Part shown: positions 26,701-39,574 of the stretch, piece by piece
How the letters are laid out: each line of letters opens with the position of its first letter
How positions within the stretch are numbered: the first letter of the stretch is position 1
Assembly (NCBI RefSeq): GCF_006345805.1
Contig: NC_043002.1
Location: 32,488,001 to 32,552,000, forward strand
Length of the DNA stretch: 64,000 nt
Source of the DNA: Octopus sinensis
Taxonomy: Eukaryota
Direction of reading: 5' to 3'
Notes under the pieces: generated by a model
Database searches by the model: none
Told to the model about the DNA's origin: nothing
The model's input: only the letters and a program-made list of their open reading frames with translations
Position numbers and translations under genes: made by a program

Positions 26701-26795
26701 GTCGCATGAAATATATTAAGATAAACTTACTTGGAAATTGATGCGCGCCGTTCAACCAAATGATAATATAAATGATATATATGTATATATATATA

Positions 26796-27045
26796 TTGAC
26801 AAAGGACAAAAATCCCGAAACTAGTCCGAGCGTATCACTCAGGCTTGCGAAGAAGGGATGGCCTCCCTTTGCAAATACTTCAAGGGCACTGAAATGGTGT
26901 CTAAAGCCAGCTGGAGACGACGATCTCTTGGGGCTATAAAGCCACAGTAACACCCCCTCCCCTATGTGGTTAGCCATGTTAAGATTGCTTCTATACTTTA
27001 CATTATCGAGCGATTACTGTTTCAATCTCATTCTGAGATTTAATT
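26796..27045 (+). mobile_element. Second copy of the 7669-8067 family, starting at a hammerhead core
   Basis: UUGACAA-AGGA(caaaaa)UCCC-GAAA-CU AG-UC, then cgtatcactcaggc...agcgattactgttt...tctgagatttaat. Confidence 0.7.
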
Positions 27046-27057
27046 ATGCTATATATA

Positions 27058-27088
<31 letters not shown>

Positions 27089-27173
27089 AATATATAAATA
27101 TAAATATATGTACATATATATATATGTATATATATATTACAAATATATATATATATATATACTATATATGCTA

Positions 27174-27217
<44 letters not shown>

Positions 27218-27260
27218 CATATATATATATATATATACATACATATATATATATATATAC

Positions 27261-27328
<68 letters not shown>

Positions 27329-27329
27329 G

Positions 27330-28140
27330 AATAGAGGGCAATAAAACAACCGGACAGACAGAAGATACAAAGGCGGTCAGAAAAATAACAATTAGAGGGA
27401 AAGGAAAAAAGGACGGGTCATTCGTGGGCTTCTTTCGTCAGTGAAGATGCCAGATGCCCTTACAGTTTCGGGTAGTTACACTTGAGATTGTTCGATCTGG
27501 TTTTCCACCAAAGAGTCTAAGCGAAGCGCATTAGATTTTTGTAAGAAAGCTAGCGAATGTGTGCGACAATAAAGACAGAAAAAAACAGAGAACATGGTAC
27601 ACAATTATAAATAGAAACAAGAATATAACAACAGGTGTCTTTTGACTGAGGACGGATAAATTTGAGCTGGCGTGTATAAAGTGAGAGTCTAAAGGCAGGA
27701 ACATAAGGGATGGAGACATGAGATGCTGGTGGTCGGTAGTAAGGCTAAGGAAGAAAGATCATGGCTGGCTTAACACCAGTCACACTGGATGAGAGAAGGA
27801 TTTGGGTCAGTGGGATTCAAGGATGAGAAAAAATCAAAGAGACAAAGGGAGAAGTACAGGGTAGATAGGACCAAGTAATGTGAGAGAAAAGGAGCGAGAA
27901 AAAGAAAAGAGGACGAAAGTATGAGAAAATATAATGCGCTTAGCTTATACTTTCTTGAGGTTTAGAAAATCGAGCAGTCTCTATTGTAATTGCCCGAAAC
28001 GGTAAGGACATCTGGTAACTTGACTGACGAAAGAAGGCGGCGAATGGCCCGTCCTTTTTTTTTCTTGCCTCTGTTGTTTTACCTGTCTGCCCTTGTATCG
28101 TCTATCTGTCCGTTTGTTTTATTGTCGTCTATTGCGTTTT
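27330..28140. repeat. Head-to-head inverted pair (about 27335-27530 and 27933-28140) of the family that forms the 36-38 kb array
   Basis: Roughly 75% identical reverse complements by eye; share aatgcgctt..gctta, cccgaaa and ctgacgaaagaag. Confidence 0.75.
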
Positions 28141-28195
28141 TGTTCCATTTTTATATTTATAAATACATATAGCGGTGTACGTACACCTTCGATTA

Positions 28196-28237
<42 letters not shown>

Positions 28238-28301
28238 GATATTGATATAGCTATATACATCTGTGTATGTGCGCCGCGCGTGTGTAAATAAGCATACACT
28301 C

Positions 28302-28332
<31 letters not shown>

Positions 28333-28776
28333 CATATGTGTGTTTGCGGGTATATGTGTGAGTGTATTCTTCGCAAATCCAAGCGGACGTAACAGAAATT
28401 TTCATGGAGTATTGTATAATTTACGTTTATTAAGAGAATTTTGTTTTAAATATTGAAGTTTCACCGTTCTATTCTTGGCAGTCTATCGATTATAAAAAAT
28501 GAGAAATAACAAAATTACTCACTTGGTCTTCTCTTTCGAGGATACATTGAAAATAAGCTGCAAGGAGAGATAAAATATTAAGCAATGCGCTTAAGTGATA
28601 GGAGGTAAGAAAAACGGATATTAGAATTTGTTGCATTTATTAATTGATAAAGTGTACAATTCTGTTGCTAGCAAAATATATTTGAAGGCCACACTTGCAC
28701 ACACACACACAGTCGTACACTAACAACATCCATACACACAAACATAGACACATACACACACACACACACACACACA

Positions 28777-28811
<35 letters not shown>

Positions 28812-28929
28812 CTATATATATATATATATATATATATACGCACACATGTATATCCATCTGTATGTCTAATCTATCTTTCCTTCAATGTTTCGAACTATTT
28901 ATCTGCCTCTATATATGGAGATCAACCAC

Positions 28930-30290
28930 GACATGGCCTTATTCCAACAACAATATAGGAGGAAGCAGCGGAACAACAGTGATCCTTCTCCATGGTGTTT
29001 GTGAACTTTTCCAAAGCATTTGTTTCAGTGGACTGACAGACTTATTTTTAAAGTGCTAGAGACTTATGGATGTCTCGAGAAGCTTATTCACATCATCAAG
29101 GAATTCCATGCAGGAATGAAAGGTATAGTCTTATTTGGTGAAGTATTTAGTTAAGCTTTTGTGGACAACCATTTTATGAAGCAGAGCTTCGTACCTTCCC
29201 CTTCGCTGATCTCAATTTAACTCTTATTTGTACAAGATACCGTGAGGGTCTATCTGCAAAAGGGTATTGTTATCCACACCAGGGAAGCTCTTCAACTTGG
29301 CCTATATTTTGTGCCTTCACCGAAATCTGGGGATTTTTACGTTAGGGAGCTGCTACACGCAGACGGCTCTTTCGTGGTCAGCAGCATTGAAGTAGGGCAA
29401 TATATTGTGGACAGGTTTTCTTCATTAGAAGACACGTTTGATCTGAAGATCAACACTTCGAAAAACTGAGCTGCTCTACCAGAGCCAACCAGTATATGCT
29501 GAAAGATCGAGAGGTCGCGAGGCAATGTCAGTACACGGGGAGCCTTTAAGTAAGAAAAAGCCTTTACCTATCTCAGCAGCGCAGTGATTGTACTAATTCT
29601 TCTGACCTCGATTTTGAGAGGCTAATACAATCTTCCAAAAGGATTTAGGCTCTCCCGAGAACCGTCTATGGAGCTGCCATGATATTGCTCACAAAACGAG
29701 GATAAAAGTATACATTGCCGCGGTGTACCCTTGCTTTCTCTATAACATCGAATATATGGCCTGGTCAGCAGCGTAGCAAGACCCTGACGCAAGTAAAACT
29801 TCGTCATCTGTGCTCCATTTTGCATATCATATGGCAAGATCATATCCTTGCCACAAAATTCTTGTGCAGCGCTGGCATAGCTAGAGTGGTAGGCTCTCAT
29901 CACCACATTGCAGCTGCACTTGTTGAGACATGTTTGCAGGATGCAGGGCAGCAGTTTCCCTGAAGCAGTTTTCTATGCTGAACTGCATCATCGCAGGCGT
30001 AGCGGTGGCCTGATGTTGCGATACTGGGATATGGTGAGATAACATATGAAGAAATCTGACTTCTTCTCAAACCCTGGGAGGAGACGACCGTCCTGTACGA
30101 TTAAAGGCACCGATCGATGAAGCTTGTAATTCCAGCCATTGAAGAAAAACAGCGTGAATACGAAAACGGCATGAGAGACGCCACTTCTCCGCTACCTCAG
30201 GTAGCTTTACATGCAGCAGATGTCATCCCTCGCTGTGGCACTCCTAGAACAGGCCTTGTAGCCCACATGCGAGCCTGCCAAGGATGATTA
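28930..30290 (+). mobile_element. Decayed RTE-clade LINE (RT and C-terminus)
   Basis: MVFVNFSKAF, YGCLEKLIHIIKEFHAGMKG, LLHADGS, LKINTSK, LRHLCSILHIIWQDHI and VFYAEL. Confidence 0.85.
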
Positions 30291-30880
30291 CTGAACAAGA
30301 TCATTAATTCTACGACAGACAGTCGAGAGACTTTTTAATCTAGAAGGATGAAGTGTATGGAAGATGTGTATTATTTACTGGTACTGGCATAATGACTCTC
30401 CCATAGCACAACAAAATATGTATACATACAGACATGTACACCAATGTATATATTTACGTTTGTATGCATTAATATTTTAGATACAGATTCCCATTACATA
30501 AATATTCACAGGTGTATGAATAGCACTAATGATCTGTCTGGTGCTTCTTTCTGAGTGAACAGTTTACAGCTAATAACTATGCCACGTCATTTGATGAGAT
30601 ATCCGTTGGTCATCAAAAGCTACACTGTTAAAAGTATTATGAGAAACAAAATGCAGAATAAATTTAACTTAAATTGTATAATCCAGTAAACAGAACGAAG
30701 GACTTTTCTCTACTAAGTTTCCCAAGATTTTTTCTTTCCCAAGATTATAAATATTTAATCAATTTCTCGGTGTCCTAAAATGATTTTTTCTAAGTATGAA
30801 TTGGTGAAATATTGTATTCACAAAACGTAATTTATTTCTATATACGAACGAGAAAATGGTGGAACATCCATTTATACATG

Positions 30881-33154
30881 CTAGATCTGGTATTCTCCCG
30901 CTATCCAAGATCAGTGTCAGACGTATCTGTGTGCACCCGTCTTGCCAAGAATGATCATGCGGTCCTGAAGTTCGTCATGCACACAACTTTTTCTACGTCC
31001 ACGACTACTTCGCTGCCACGTAGAGTCTTCTCTGCAATTAATCTTGAAATTCTAACCGAGGCTTCCGCGCTTCTGGACTGGCGATCCCTGGTGACGTTGT
31101 CCTCAGTTGACGAACTAAGGTCATCCCTCAAAGCATATGTAATCTGTTTGACTGACCAGGCAGTTCCCGTTGGGCTTCCCAAGAGGAAGAAACACAAGCC
31201 CTGGGTGACGAAGAAGGTTAAACGAGAACGTCGACTCAGAGATATTGCTTGGGCTGAATTCAAAAATCTGGATTCGACTGCAGCTTTTGAGGTGTACAAA
31301 ACTCAACGAGACCGAGCCGTGAAAATTGAAAAGAAAGAACGCTTCAGTTATGAATACAAAATCGCGGCAAATGCCAGTAGCAATCCAAAAACCTTCTTTG
31401 CCCATGTCCAGCGAAATTCCCGCTTGAACAACCAGATTGCAACGTTAGTAGACTCAACAGGCATATCGATTGAGGACCCTTATCAACAGAGTCAATTATT
31501 TGCCGAGGCTTTTTCAACTATTTTCAAACAAGATGATGGTCGTGAACCCCCTCCATTTGATAGATCGGTACCTCCAATGCTTCGATTGGTCATCACGCGG
31601 GACGAAGTCAAACGTGTTATTCAAGGCCTCGATGTCAACAAGGGTCACGGCCCTGACGGCATACACCCACGGGTTATCAAAGCGTTGGCTCCGGTCATCT
31701 GCGAGCCCTTAACACGACTATCCAATATGTCATTGGCGACGGGTGTTATACCTGCAGACTGGAGAACAGCGATAATCTGCCCAATTTTCAAGAAAGAGAG
31801 CTGTGAAGACCCGCTTAACTACCGACCGGTTTCCCTTACATCAATAATCAGCAAGATGTTCGAAACCATCCTTAAGAAAAGTATGATGCTCCACCTCCTA
31901 AACACAGCCTCTATCTCTGATTCCCAACACGGCTTCGTGCCGAAGAGATCATGCTTGACCAACTTACTAGTAATGGAAGAATTGGTGACGCGCATCCTCG
32001 ATGATAGTGATGCTGTTGACATCGTTTTACTGGACTTTGCCAAAGCTTTTGACTCGGTAAACCACCGCCTATTACTTGTCAAGCTTCAAGCATATAGTTT
32101 CCATCCGGATATTGTACGATGGGTTGGTGCCTTCCTCTCAGATCGCTCCTTCCAAGTCCAAGTTAATGGTTCGCAGTCCGACGTCTCCAGTGCGAGCAGT
32201 GGCGTGCCTCAAGGTTCAGTGCTTGGGCCCTTGTTGTTCTTAGTCTTCATAAATGACTTGCCCGACGACCTCACGCAACACACCCTTCTATTTGCCGACG
32301 ATATCAAACTGGTCGCTCCTCGCGGTAATATAGAGGATCTTCGTCGATGCCTCCACCAAATTTGGAAGTGGTCTAACGATTGGGACCTGTGTCTGAACGT
32401 GTCAAAGTTCTGTCATCTGCCTGTCGGCTCTACTCCTGCAACTCAACTTGATTTCGAGCCGGGTCGTCTGCTGCTGGAGAGGACCGATCAGGTAAAGGAC
32501 CTAGGTATCTTGGTGGATTCCTCCTTTTCGCCGTCGGCCCAGTGCGTCCATGCTGCCAACAAAGCACGCGGAATTCTGTTCTTGATTCGACAGTCATTCG
32601 GAATGCTCACAGCAGCCATAATCCTACCACTCTATGTCACGCTGGTGAGACCCATATTGGAGTATGGGATTCAAGCCTCTTCTCCTTATCTCCTCAAAGA
32701 CATACAGCATCTCGAAAGAGTCCAGAGGCTGGCTACCCGCATGGTTCATGGTCTCAAAAATTTGTCCTACGAAGAAAGGCTGAGGACGCTCGACCTTTAT
32801 TCTCTTGAAAAACGCCGCCGCCGTGGTGATCTCATTCTCGCCCACAACATCATAAGCGGAAAGTGTAACCTCTCGAAAGAGCTGTTCTTCACTCCTGCTC
32901 CAGAGCGTCGGCTGCGGGGTCATTCCGAAAAGCTCTACCTGCGACGATTTCATCTCAATCGAAGGAGAGGAGCTTTCTCCGTCCGGGTTGCGGATCCGTG
33001 GAACAAGCTGCCAGACGAGATGGTGAAGATGCTGACGACCGCTTTGTTCAAATCTCCCTGGACCTCAAGTGGCCTGAACTCTTTACATGAACACCACCCT
33101 GTACTTAACTCCATGTTCCCCTACATGGCCTTGCTATTTGCTTTTGAGCCAAAT

Positions 33155-33184
<30 letters not shown>
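30881..33184 (+). mobile_element. CR1-clade LINE, 5'-truncated young copy 2 (end of endonuclease + full RT; ORF 30812-33157)
   Basis: LDLVFS...LAKNDH endonuclease end, RT motifs and (TAAC)n tail. Candidate 5-bp TSD ACATG (30876-30880/33185-33189). A 1-bp deletion near the C-terminus shifts the last codons relative to copy 1. Confidence 0.95.
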
Positions 33185-33186
<2 letters not shown>

Positions 33187-33369
33187 ATGACACCATAGAA
33201 ATAGTAGTTAAAATAGAAGTTGCACCACATCATGTGCTGTCATATAAAAAGGAGAAGGACATTGAATATTTTGAATATTCAGTCGTATCTACAGAACGCA
33301 TGCAGAACAAAATGGAAGGCCTAACCTGGAACGGCTTTGATCAAATATTTCTCCTCGATCGAAAGAAAA

Positions 33370-33548
33370 AATCTCCATAAATAAGCATCATATGGGTGTG
33401 TTGTTAAGAAACTCATTTCGAATCTACACGGATTCAAGTTCTATCCTACAGATCGGCTCCTTGAGTGTTCTTATAGAATAACCCAGGAACGACCAATGCT
33501 GTATGAGTGAATTTGGTAGATGGAACATGACTAGAAGTCCATCGTAGA

Positions 33549-33611
<63 letters not shown>

Positions 33612-33910
33612 ATGTGTGTGTGTGTGTGTGTATGTATATATATGTATATATGTATATATATATATGTATATATATATATACATATATGTGTGTGTGTATG
33701 TGTCTTTGCGTCAGTGATTGTTCACTCCTCTGTCTTGACAACTGGTTCTGATTTATGTCCCACTAACTTAGGAGCCCAGCAAAAAGTAAGACAGAATAAG
33801 TGTCAGACTTAAAAATAAGTGCTGGGGCCAATCAGTTGGAGTAAAACCCTTCAAGATGATACCCCCAGTATAGCCACAGCCTAATGACCGAAACAAGTAA
33901 AAGATAAAAA
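33370..33910 (+). mobile_element. Old SINE copy with expanded internal microsatellite
   Basis: Degenerate match to the ~400-bp SINE (gagtgaatttggtagatgg ... gaccgaaacaagtaaaaga). Confidence 0.6.
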
Positions 33911-34320
33911 TTTCAACAACAAGCAATTTCATGAATCAGGCATTTAATAGGTGTTATCATCCGACCAGCTAGAGACGGTGGCAACATCAATACTATATTA
34001 CGTTACATAAAAAGATATACATTAGATAAAATGTTTGAAGGTATTTTATGCCAGAAAAGTAAAGGAGGGTTGGAAAATTCTTGACTATAAATCTACTTGA
34101 CCACAATATTTCAATTTTACTTATTTTAAAGACTCTGAAATTTTAAAAAGTGAAGTCGACCTGGTAAAAATATGAACTCGGAATGTAGAAACAGAATAAT
34201 TGCTGTCAAGCATATTGTCCGGAGTGCTAACGAATCTGTCAGCACACAGTCTTCGAAAAGTCATCAACACAGGGAAACATATTGCAATAAGGATATTCAT
34301 ATGCGGAAAAATAAACTTAC

Positions 34321-34424
34321 ATCTTTGTTGAGTTCCCTCGTCCCAATCAAAATCTTTGTTTACACTGATTTTCGGCGTCTTCCAGCCTGGAGTGCTATCC
34401 ATATCACTGGCATCTGCTTGTAAA
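34321..34424 (-). CDS. Host gene exon 12 (cytoplasmic tail; phase 2-1): LQADASDMDSTPGWKTPKISVNKDFDWDEGTQQR
   Basis: Acceptor ttttgtatttcacag, donor gtaagt; phase matches the TM exon. Confidence 0.75.
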
Positions 34425-34485
34425 CTGTGAAATACAAAATATTGATTAACATAATACATTTAAATATTAAATACCCATCAGGGAG

Positions 34486-34530
<45 letters not shown>

Positions 34531-34554
34531 TTAACATAATTACACTTAAATATT

Positions 34555-35130
34555 CTTTTCTAATCTTGGCACAAGGCCCGAAAGTTTAGGAGGAAAGGAC
34601 CAATTTATTAGATCAACCCCAGTACGCAACTTGTACTTAATTTATCCATCCTGAAAGGATGAAAGACAAAGTCGACCTCGGCGGAATTTGAACTCAGAAA
34701 GTGAAGACAAACGAAATAGCTATTTCTTTACTACCCAGAAGGGGCCAAGCACAGATAAGACAAACAAGGACAGACAAACGGATTAAGTCGATTATATCGA
34801 CCCCAGTGCGTAACTGGTACTTATTTCATCGACCCCGAAAGATGAAAGGCAAAGTTGACCTCGGCGGAATTTGAACTCAGAACGTAGCGGCAGATGAAAT
34901 ACCGCTAAGCATTTCGCCCAGCGTGCTAATGTTCCTGCCAGCTCACCGCCTTATAAATAAATGGAATACATATTCGGTTTCAACTCTTGACACAATGCCT
35001 GAAATTTGGGGGGAGGGGGGCAGTCAATCAGATCGAGCCAGTACGCAACTGGTACTTAAAATATCGACCCTGAAAGGATGCAAGGCAAAGTCGACTTCGA
35101 CGGAACTTGAACTCGGAACGCAGAGAGAGA
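34555..35130 (-). mobile_element. Cluster of three overlapping copies of the second SINE family
   Basis: Block atcgaccccagt...gatgaaaggcaaagtcgacctcggcggaatttgaactc occurs three times; tRNA-like head at about 34880-34952. Confidence 0.85.
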
Positions 35131-35171
35131 GAAATAAAGACAGAAATATATATATATTTATACTGTCTGCA

Positions 35172-35623
35172 ATTAGAGCGTTTGAACCAAGTTTTGAAAA
35201 AAAACCCTGCTTTAGTGAATCGAAAAGCTGTGATGTTTGATCTGGATGGACAATGTGCGACCCCACATCGCAAAGTTCATATCACAGAAGGTCGAAGAGC
35301 TTGGTTGGGAAAAAAAATTCCTCATCCACCTTATTCTCCCGACCTTGCTCCTTCAGACTACCATTTGTTTCGTAGTTTACAGAATCATTTGGAGGACATA
35401 ACTTTCGCAAGCCAGGAGGAGGTCGAAACTGACATTTCAGAGGTCTTCGCTTTGAAACCAAAAGAGTGTTACATTGATGGGATTAAAAAGCCTGTAAACA
35501 GATGGAAGGACGTCATAGATAATCAGGAAAAGTAAATTGATGCTTAAATTTCAATTGAATAAAACATTTCATCACTTGTTTTCTTTATTCAAAATTCGGA
35601 CAGAACTTGTGAGATGACCTGAT

Positions 35624-35624
<1 letters not shown>
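35172..35624 (+). mobile_element. Mariner 3' fragment with TIR
   Basis: HPPYSPDLAPSDYHLFRSLQNHL...RWKDVIDN, then a TIR-like end at TA. Confidence 0.9.
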
Positions 35625-35720
<96 letters not shown>

Positions 35721-35897
35721 TATATATGTGCTTCTTTTAAAATTTTTTACGCGATTTCACTGCTCTATACGTTATGGGAACGTGCAGCTTGTGTAGTATT
35801 TTTTGCAGTATTGACTGTGCAGAAAGTAGTACGTGTTTAAGACATAGTTACATAGTTATATTAATTTGTGTATGCTGCATATATACATTATATATTG

Positions 35898-35941
<44 letters not shown>

Positions 35942-35945
35942 TTTT

Positions 35946-38122
35946 CCTCACCTCCGCCCCCCTCGATCTGTCTCTTTCTTCTCCTCCCTCGTCCACCTTC
36001 TCTCCCTTTTCATCTGTCCCTTTCTCCTGTCTTTTGTTCTCACGTGACAGCTAGCCGCTGTTGAGCGCTCTTTTCGTTTTCAGCAGCCTCAGAAGCAAAC
36101 ACGTTTTGTTTCGTCTCCCCGTGGCCTTTAGGCACTACTTCACAAGCCAGCCCCTACTCAAATCGTCCTGTCGAAAGACCCTTGTCCTACGTCCTGGTTT
36201 GTTTTGTTGTTTATTTTTTATTTTTACCGTTATTGTGTTTTACGTTTTTGTATTCTTATTGGTGTCACGTATTCTGTATTTTTGTTTGTGTACTTCGATC
36301 GTTTTCCGTCCTTTCGTTGTATACATTCGAAGCTTTCTTCCAGGGGATCCAATGCGCTTGGCTTAGATTTTTCCTTTGCGGGCTGGCCATATCGGAGCAA
36401 TCTCAAGATTAATCAGCCGAAATTGCTAAGATGATCTGGTTCTTGACTGATGACTGAGGGCTTCGAATGTCCCGTCCTGTGTGTTCTTGTGTCGTCTCTG
36501 TGTGGTTTCATGTTCTTGTCCATGTCTGTAATTAATTTTACTGTTTACCTATATAATCGGCGGCGGCTACGTATCCACAATTGTCCTTATACGATAAGTA
36601 TATTTTTTTCTCAAGCTTTGATACGACTCTTAATCTGTCTCTTTTTCTCTCTCTCTCTCCTCCCTTATTCCACTTCCTTTCTTTCCCTCTCCATCCGTTC
36701 CCCCCCCCCTTTCTACGTTTCTCTATCTCTCTCACCTCCAGCCCCCTCGATCTGTCTCTTTCTTCTCCTCCCTCGTCCACCTTCTCTCCCTTTTCATCTG
36801 TCCCTTTCTCCTGTCTTTTGTTCTCACGTGACAGCTAGCCGCTGTTGAGCGCTCTTTTCGTTTTCAGCAGCCTCAGAAGCAACACGTATTTGTCGTCTCC
36901 CCGTGGCCTTTAGGCACTACTTCACAAGCCAGCCCCTACTCAAATCGTCCTGTCGAAAGACCCTTGTCCTACGTCCTGGTTTTGTTTGTTGTTTATTTTT
37001 TTTTTTTACCGTTATTGTTTTTACGTTTTTGTATTCTTATTGGTGTCACGTATTCTGTATTTTTGTTTGTGTACTTCGATCGTTTTCCGTCCTTTCGTTG
37101 TATACATTCGAAGCTTTCTTCCAGGGGATCCAATGCGCTTGGCTTAGATTTCCCTTGGCGGTGCTGGCCATATCGGAGCAATCTCAAGATTAATCAGCCG
37201 AAATTGCTAAGATGATCTGGTTCTTGACTGATGACTGAGGGCTTCGAATGTCCCGTCCTGTGGTTCTTGTGTCGTCTCTGTGGTGTTTCATGTTCTTGTC
37301 CATGTCTGTAATTAATTTTACTGTTTACCTATATAATCGGCGGCTACGTATCCACAATTGTCCTTATACGATAAGTATATTTTTTTCTCAAGCTTTGATA
37401 CGACTTTAATCTGTCTCTTTTTCTCTCTCTCTCTCTCCTCCCTTATCCCTTCCTTTCTTTCCCTCTCCATCTTTCCCTCTCCATCCGTTCCCCCCCCTTT
37501 CTACGTTTCTCTATCTCTCTCACCTCAGCCCCCTCGATCTGTCTCTTTCTTCTCCTCCCTCGTCCACCTTCTCTCCCTTTTCATCTGTCCTTTCTCCTGT
37601 CTTTTGTTCTCACGTGACAGCTAGCCGCTGTTGAGCGCTCTTTTCGTTTTCAGCAGCCTCAGAAGCAACACGTATTTGTTCGTCTCCCCGTGGCCTTTAG
37701 CACTACTTCACAAGCCAGCCCCTACTCAATCGTCTGTCGAAAGACCCTTGTCTACGTCCTGGTTTTGTTTTGTTGTTTATTTTTTATTTTTACCGTTATT
37801 GTTTTTACGTTTTTGTATTCTTATTGGTGTCACGTTCTTTATTTTTTGTTTGTGTACTTCGATCGTTTTCCGTCCTTTCGTTTGTAAATACATTCGAAGC
37901 TTTCTTCCGGGGATCCAATGCGCTTGGCTTAGATTCCCTTGGCGGGCTGGCCATATCGGAGCAATCTCAAGATTAATCAGCCGAAATTGCTAAGATGATC
38001 TGTTCTTGCTGACTGATAGAATGACTGAGGGCTTCTGAATGTCCCGTCCTGTGGTTCTTGTGTCGTCTCTGTGTGTTTCATGTTCTTGTCCATGTCTGTA
38101 ATTAATTTTACTGTTTAACCTA
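35946..38122. repeat. Tandem array, ~785-bp unit, ~2.8 copies
   Basis: Unit starts at about 35946, 36731 and 37518; copies differ mainly by small indels. Confidence 0.92.
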
Positions 38123-38385
38123 TATATATATATATATATATGTAAATTCAAAATAAGGGCGATAAAATTGGATATTAATTTAATAACGTCACTTTTTACA
38201 CTAAGTGGTTTAGCGCATAAAAAACTGAGATTCAGTAAATATTAATATAAATATTTTTCATTTGTCCTGCTCGCTTACCTTCATAGTTGTGCTAATTTTT
38301 CTTGAGAACAATTCTTAGTGGTTGAGACCATTGCGGATCTATTTTTAGCGTAAGATCGTCCACATAGTGGATTCTCTCTCATATT

Positions 38386-38441
<56 letters not shown>

Positions 38442-38987
38442 TCATATAACCATATATAAATATATATATGGAGAGCAGAGACGTATTCTAACGCAGGGAA
38501 AATATAGAAGAATTAGTTTCCGGAGTTTGAATGTGAAGACGCTAGAACGCGATGGGAAAAAGAACTACACCCACGACGACAGAAACAGTAAAAAAAAAAC
38601 TTTTTACTCTCTTTCCCTTTTTCTTTTCTTTCTCTTGTCTACGTATTCTATAACGGCTCACTCAATATGACCGAACTTTTAGTAATGTACGTTTGTTATA
38701 TTCTTTGTTAAATATTTACTTTCTCTTGTCACCGTGAAACTCATTTAATTTTATGTGAACCTTTGATCGTTTAAACATATTTTTCCAATACTTACTCCGT
38801 AATTTCATACTCTGTTAAAATTCATTTGTATTATACCCATTTGTATCATTGATAAACAAAATCCTTGTTGGAAATAGTTTGGCATGTATGTGAATAACTC
38901 TATTTAAAAACACGTTTTGCAAATTCAGGTATATTTTCAAATCCCACAAAAGAAAAAATACTCATACACACCCACCGACACACATAT

Positions 38988-39039
<52 letters not shown>

Positions 39040-39065
39040 AAGGGTGAAAAGGAACACACGAGTTG

Positions 39066-39539
39066 ATATATATGAAAAAACAAGTCAAAAATAGAAAATG
39101 CTAAAATAATTTTATAGTGAACATTTCAGTACCGGTTTCGGTCATTTTGAGACCTTTTCAACTGTAACGATTAAATAATTAAATTTAGAAAAATTAGAAG
39201 AAAAGTTTTTTTAAAGGAATATTTCTATAGTAGTGTTCAGATATAAGTAGCATTCTGCCTTTCTCTGACTCCCTTGTTTGCACTTGTGTGTTGGACGTCG
39301 TTGTGAGTTCTTGGTAGGGTATCTTCTTCATCATCATCATTATCAGAGAAAGGCAGAATGCTACTTATATCTGAACACTACTATAGAAATATTCCTTTAA
39401 AAAAACTTTTCTTCTAATTTTTCTAAATTTAATTATTTAATCGTTACAGTTGAAAAGGTCTCAAAATGACCGAAACCGGTACTGAAATGTTCACTATAAA
39501 ATTATTTTAGCATTTTCTATTTTTGACTTGTTTTTTCAT

Positions 39540-39547
<8 letters not shown>
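39066..39547. mobile_element. Palindromic PLE-like insertion: ~203-bp identical inverted arms around a 74-bp spacer
   Basis: 39066-39268 is the reverse complement of 39343-39547; (TA)n-rich flanks. Confidence 0.88.
39443..39488 (+). ncRNA. Minimal type I hammerhead, U3-A8 core (mirror copy at 39123-39168, minus strand)
   Basis: UUACAG-UUGAAAA-GGUC(ucaaaau)GACC-GAAA-CCGG-UA-CUGAAA; stem III palindrome ACCGGT. Confidence 0.7.

Positions 39548-39574
<27 letters not shown>

Noticed and set aside
30812-30880. N-terminal 23 codons of the 781-aa ORF
   Set aside because: Flanking host DNA read in frame; LINE homology and the candidate TSD start at about 30881.
34880-34952. tRNA-like sequences at SINE heads (also 9061 and 12500-12580)
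   Set aside because: Pol III boxes only, no full cloverleaf, and always joined to SINE bodies.
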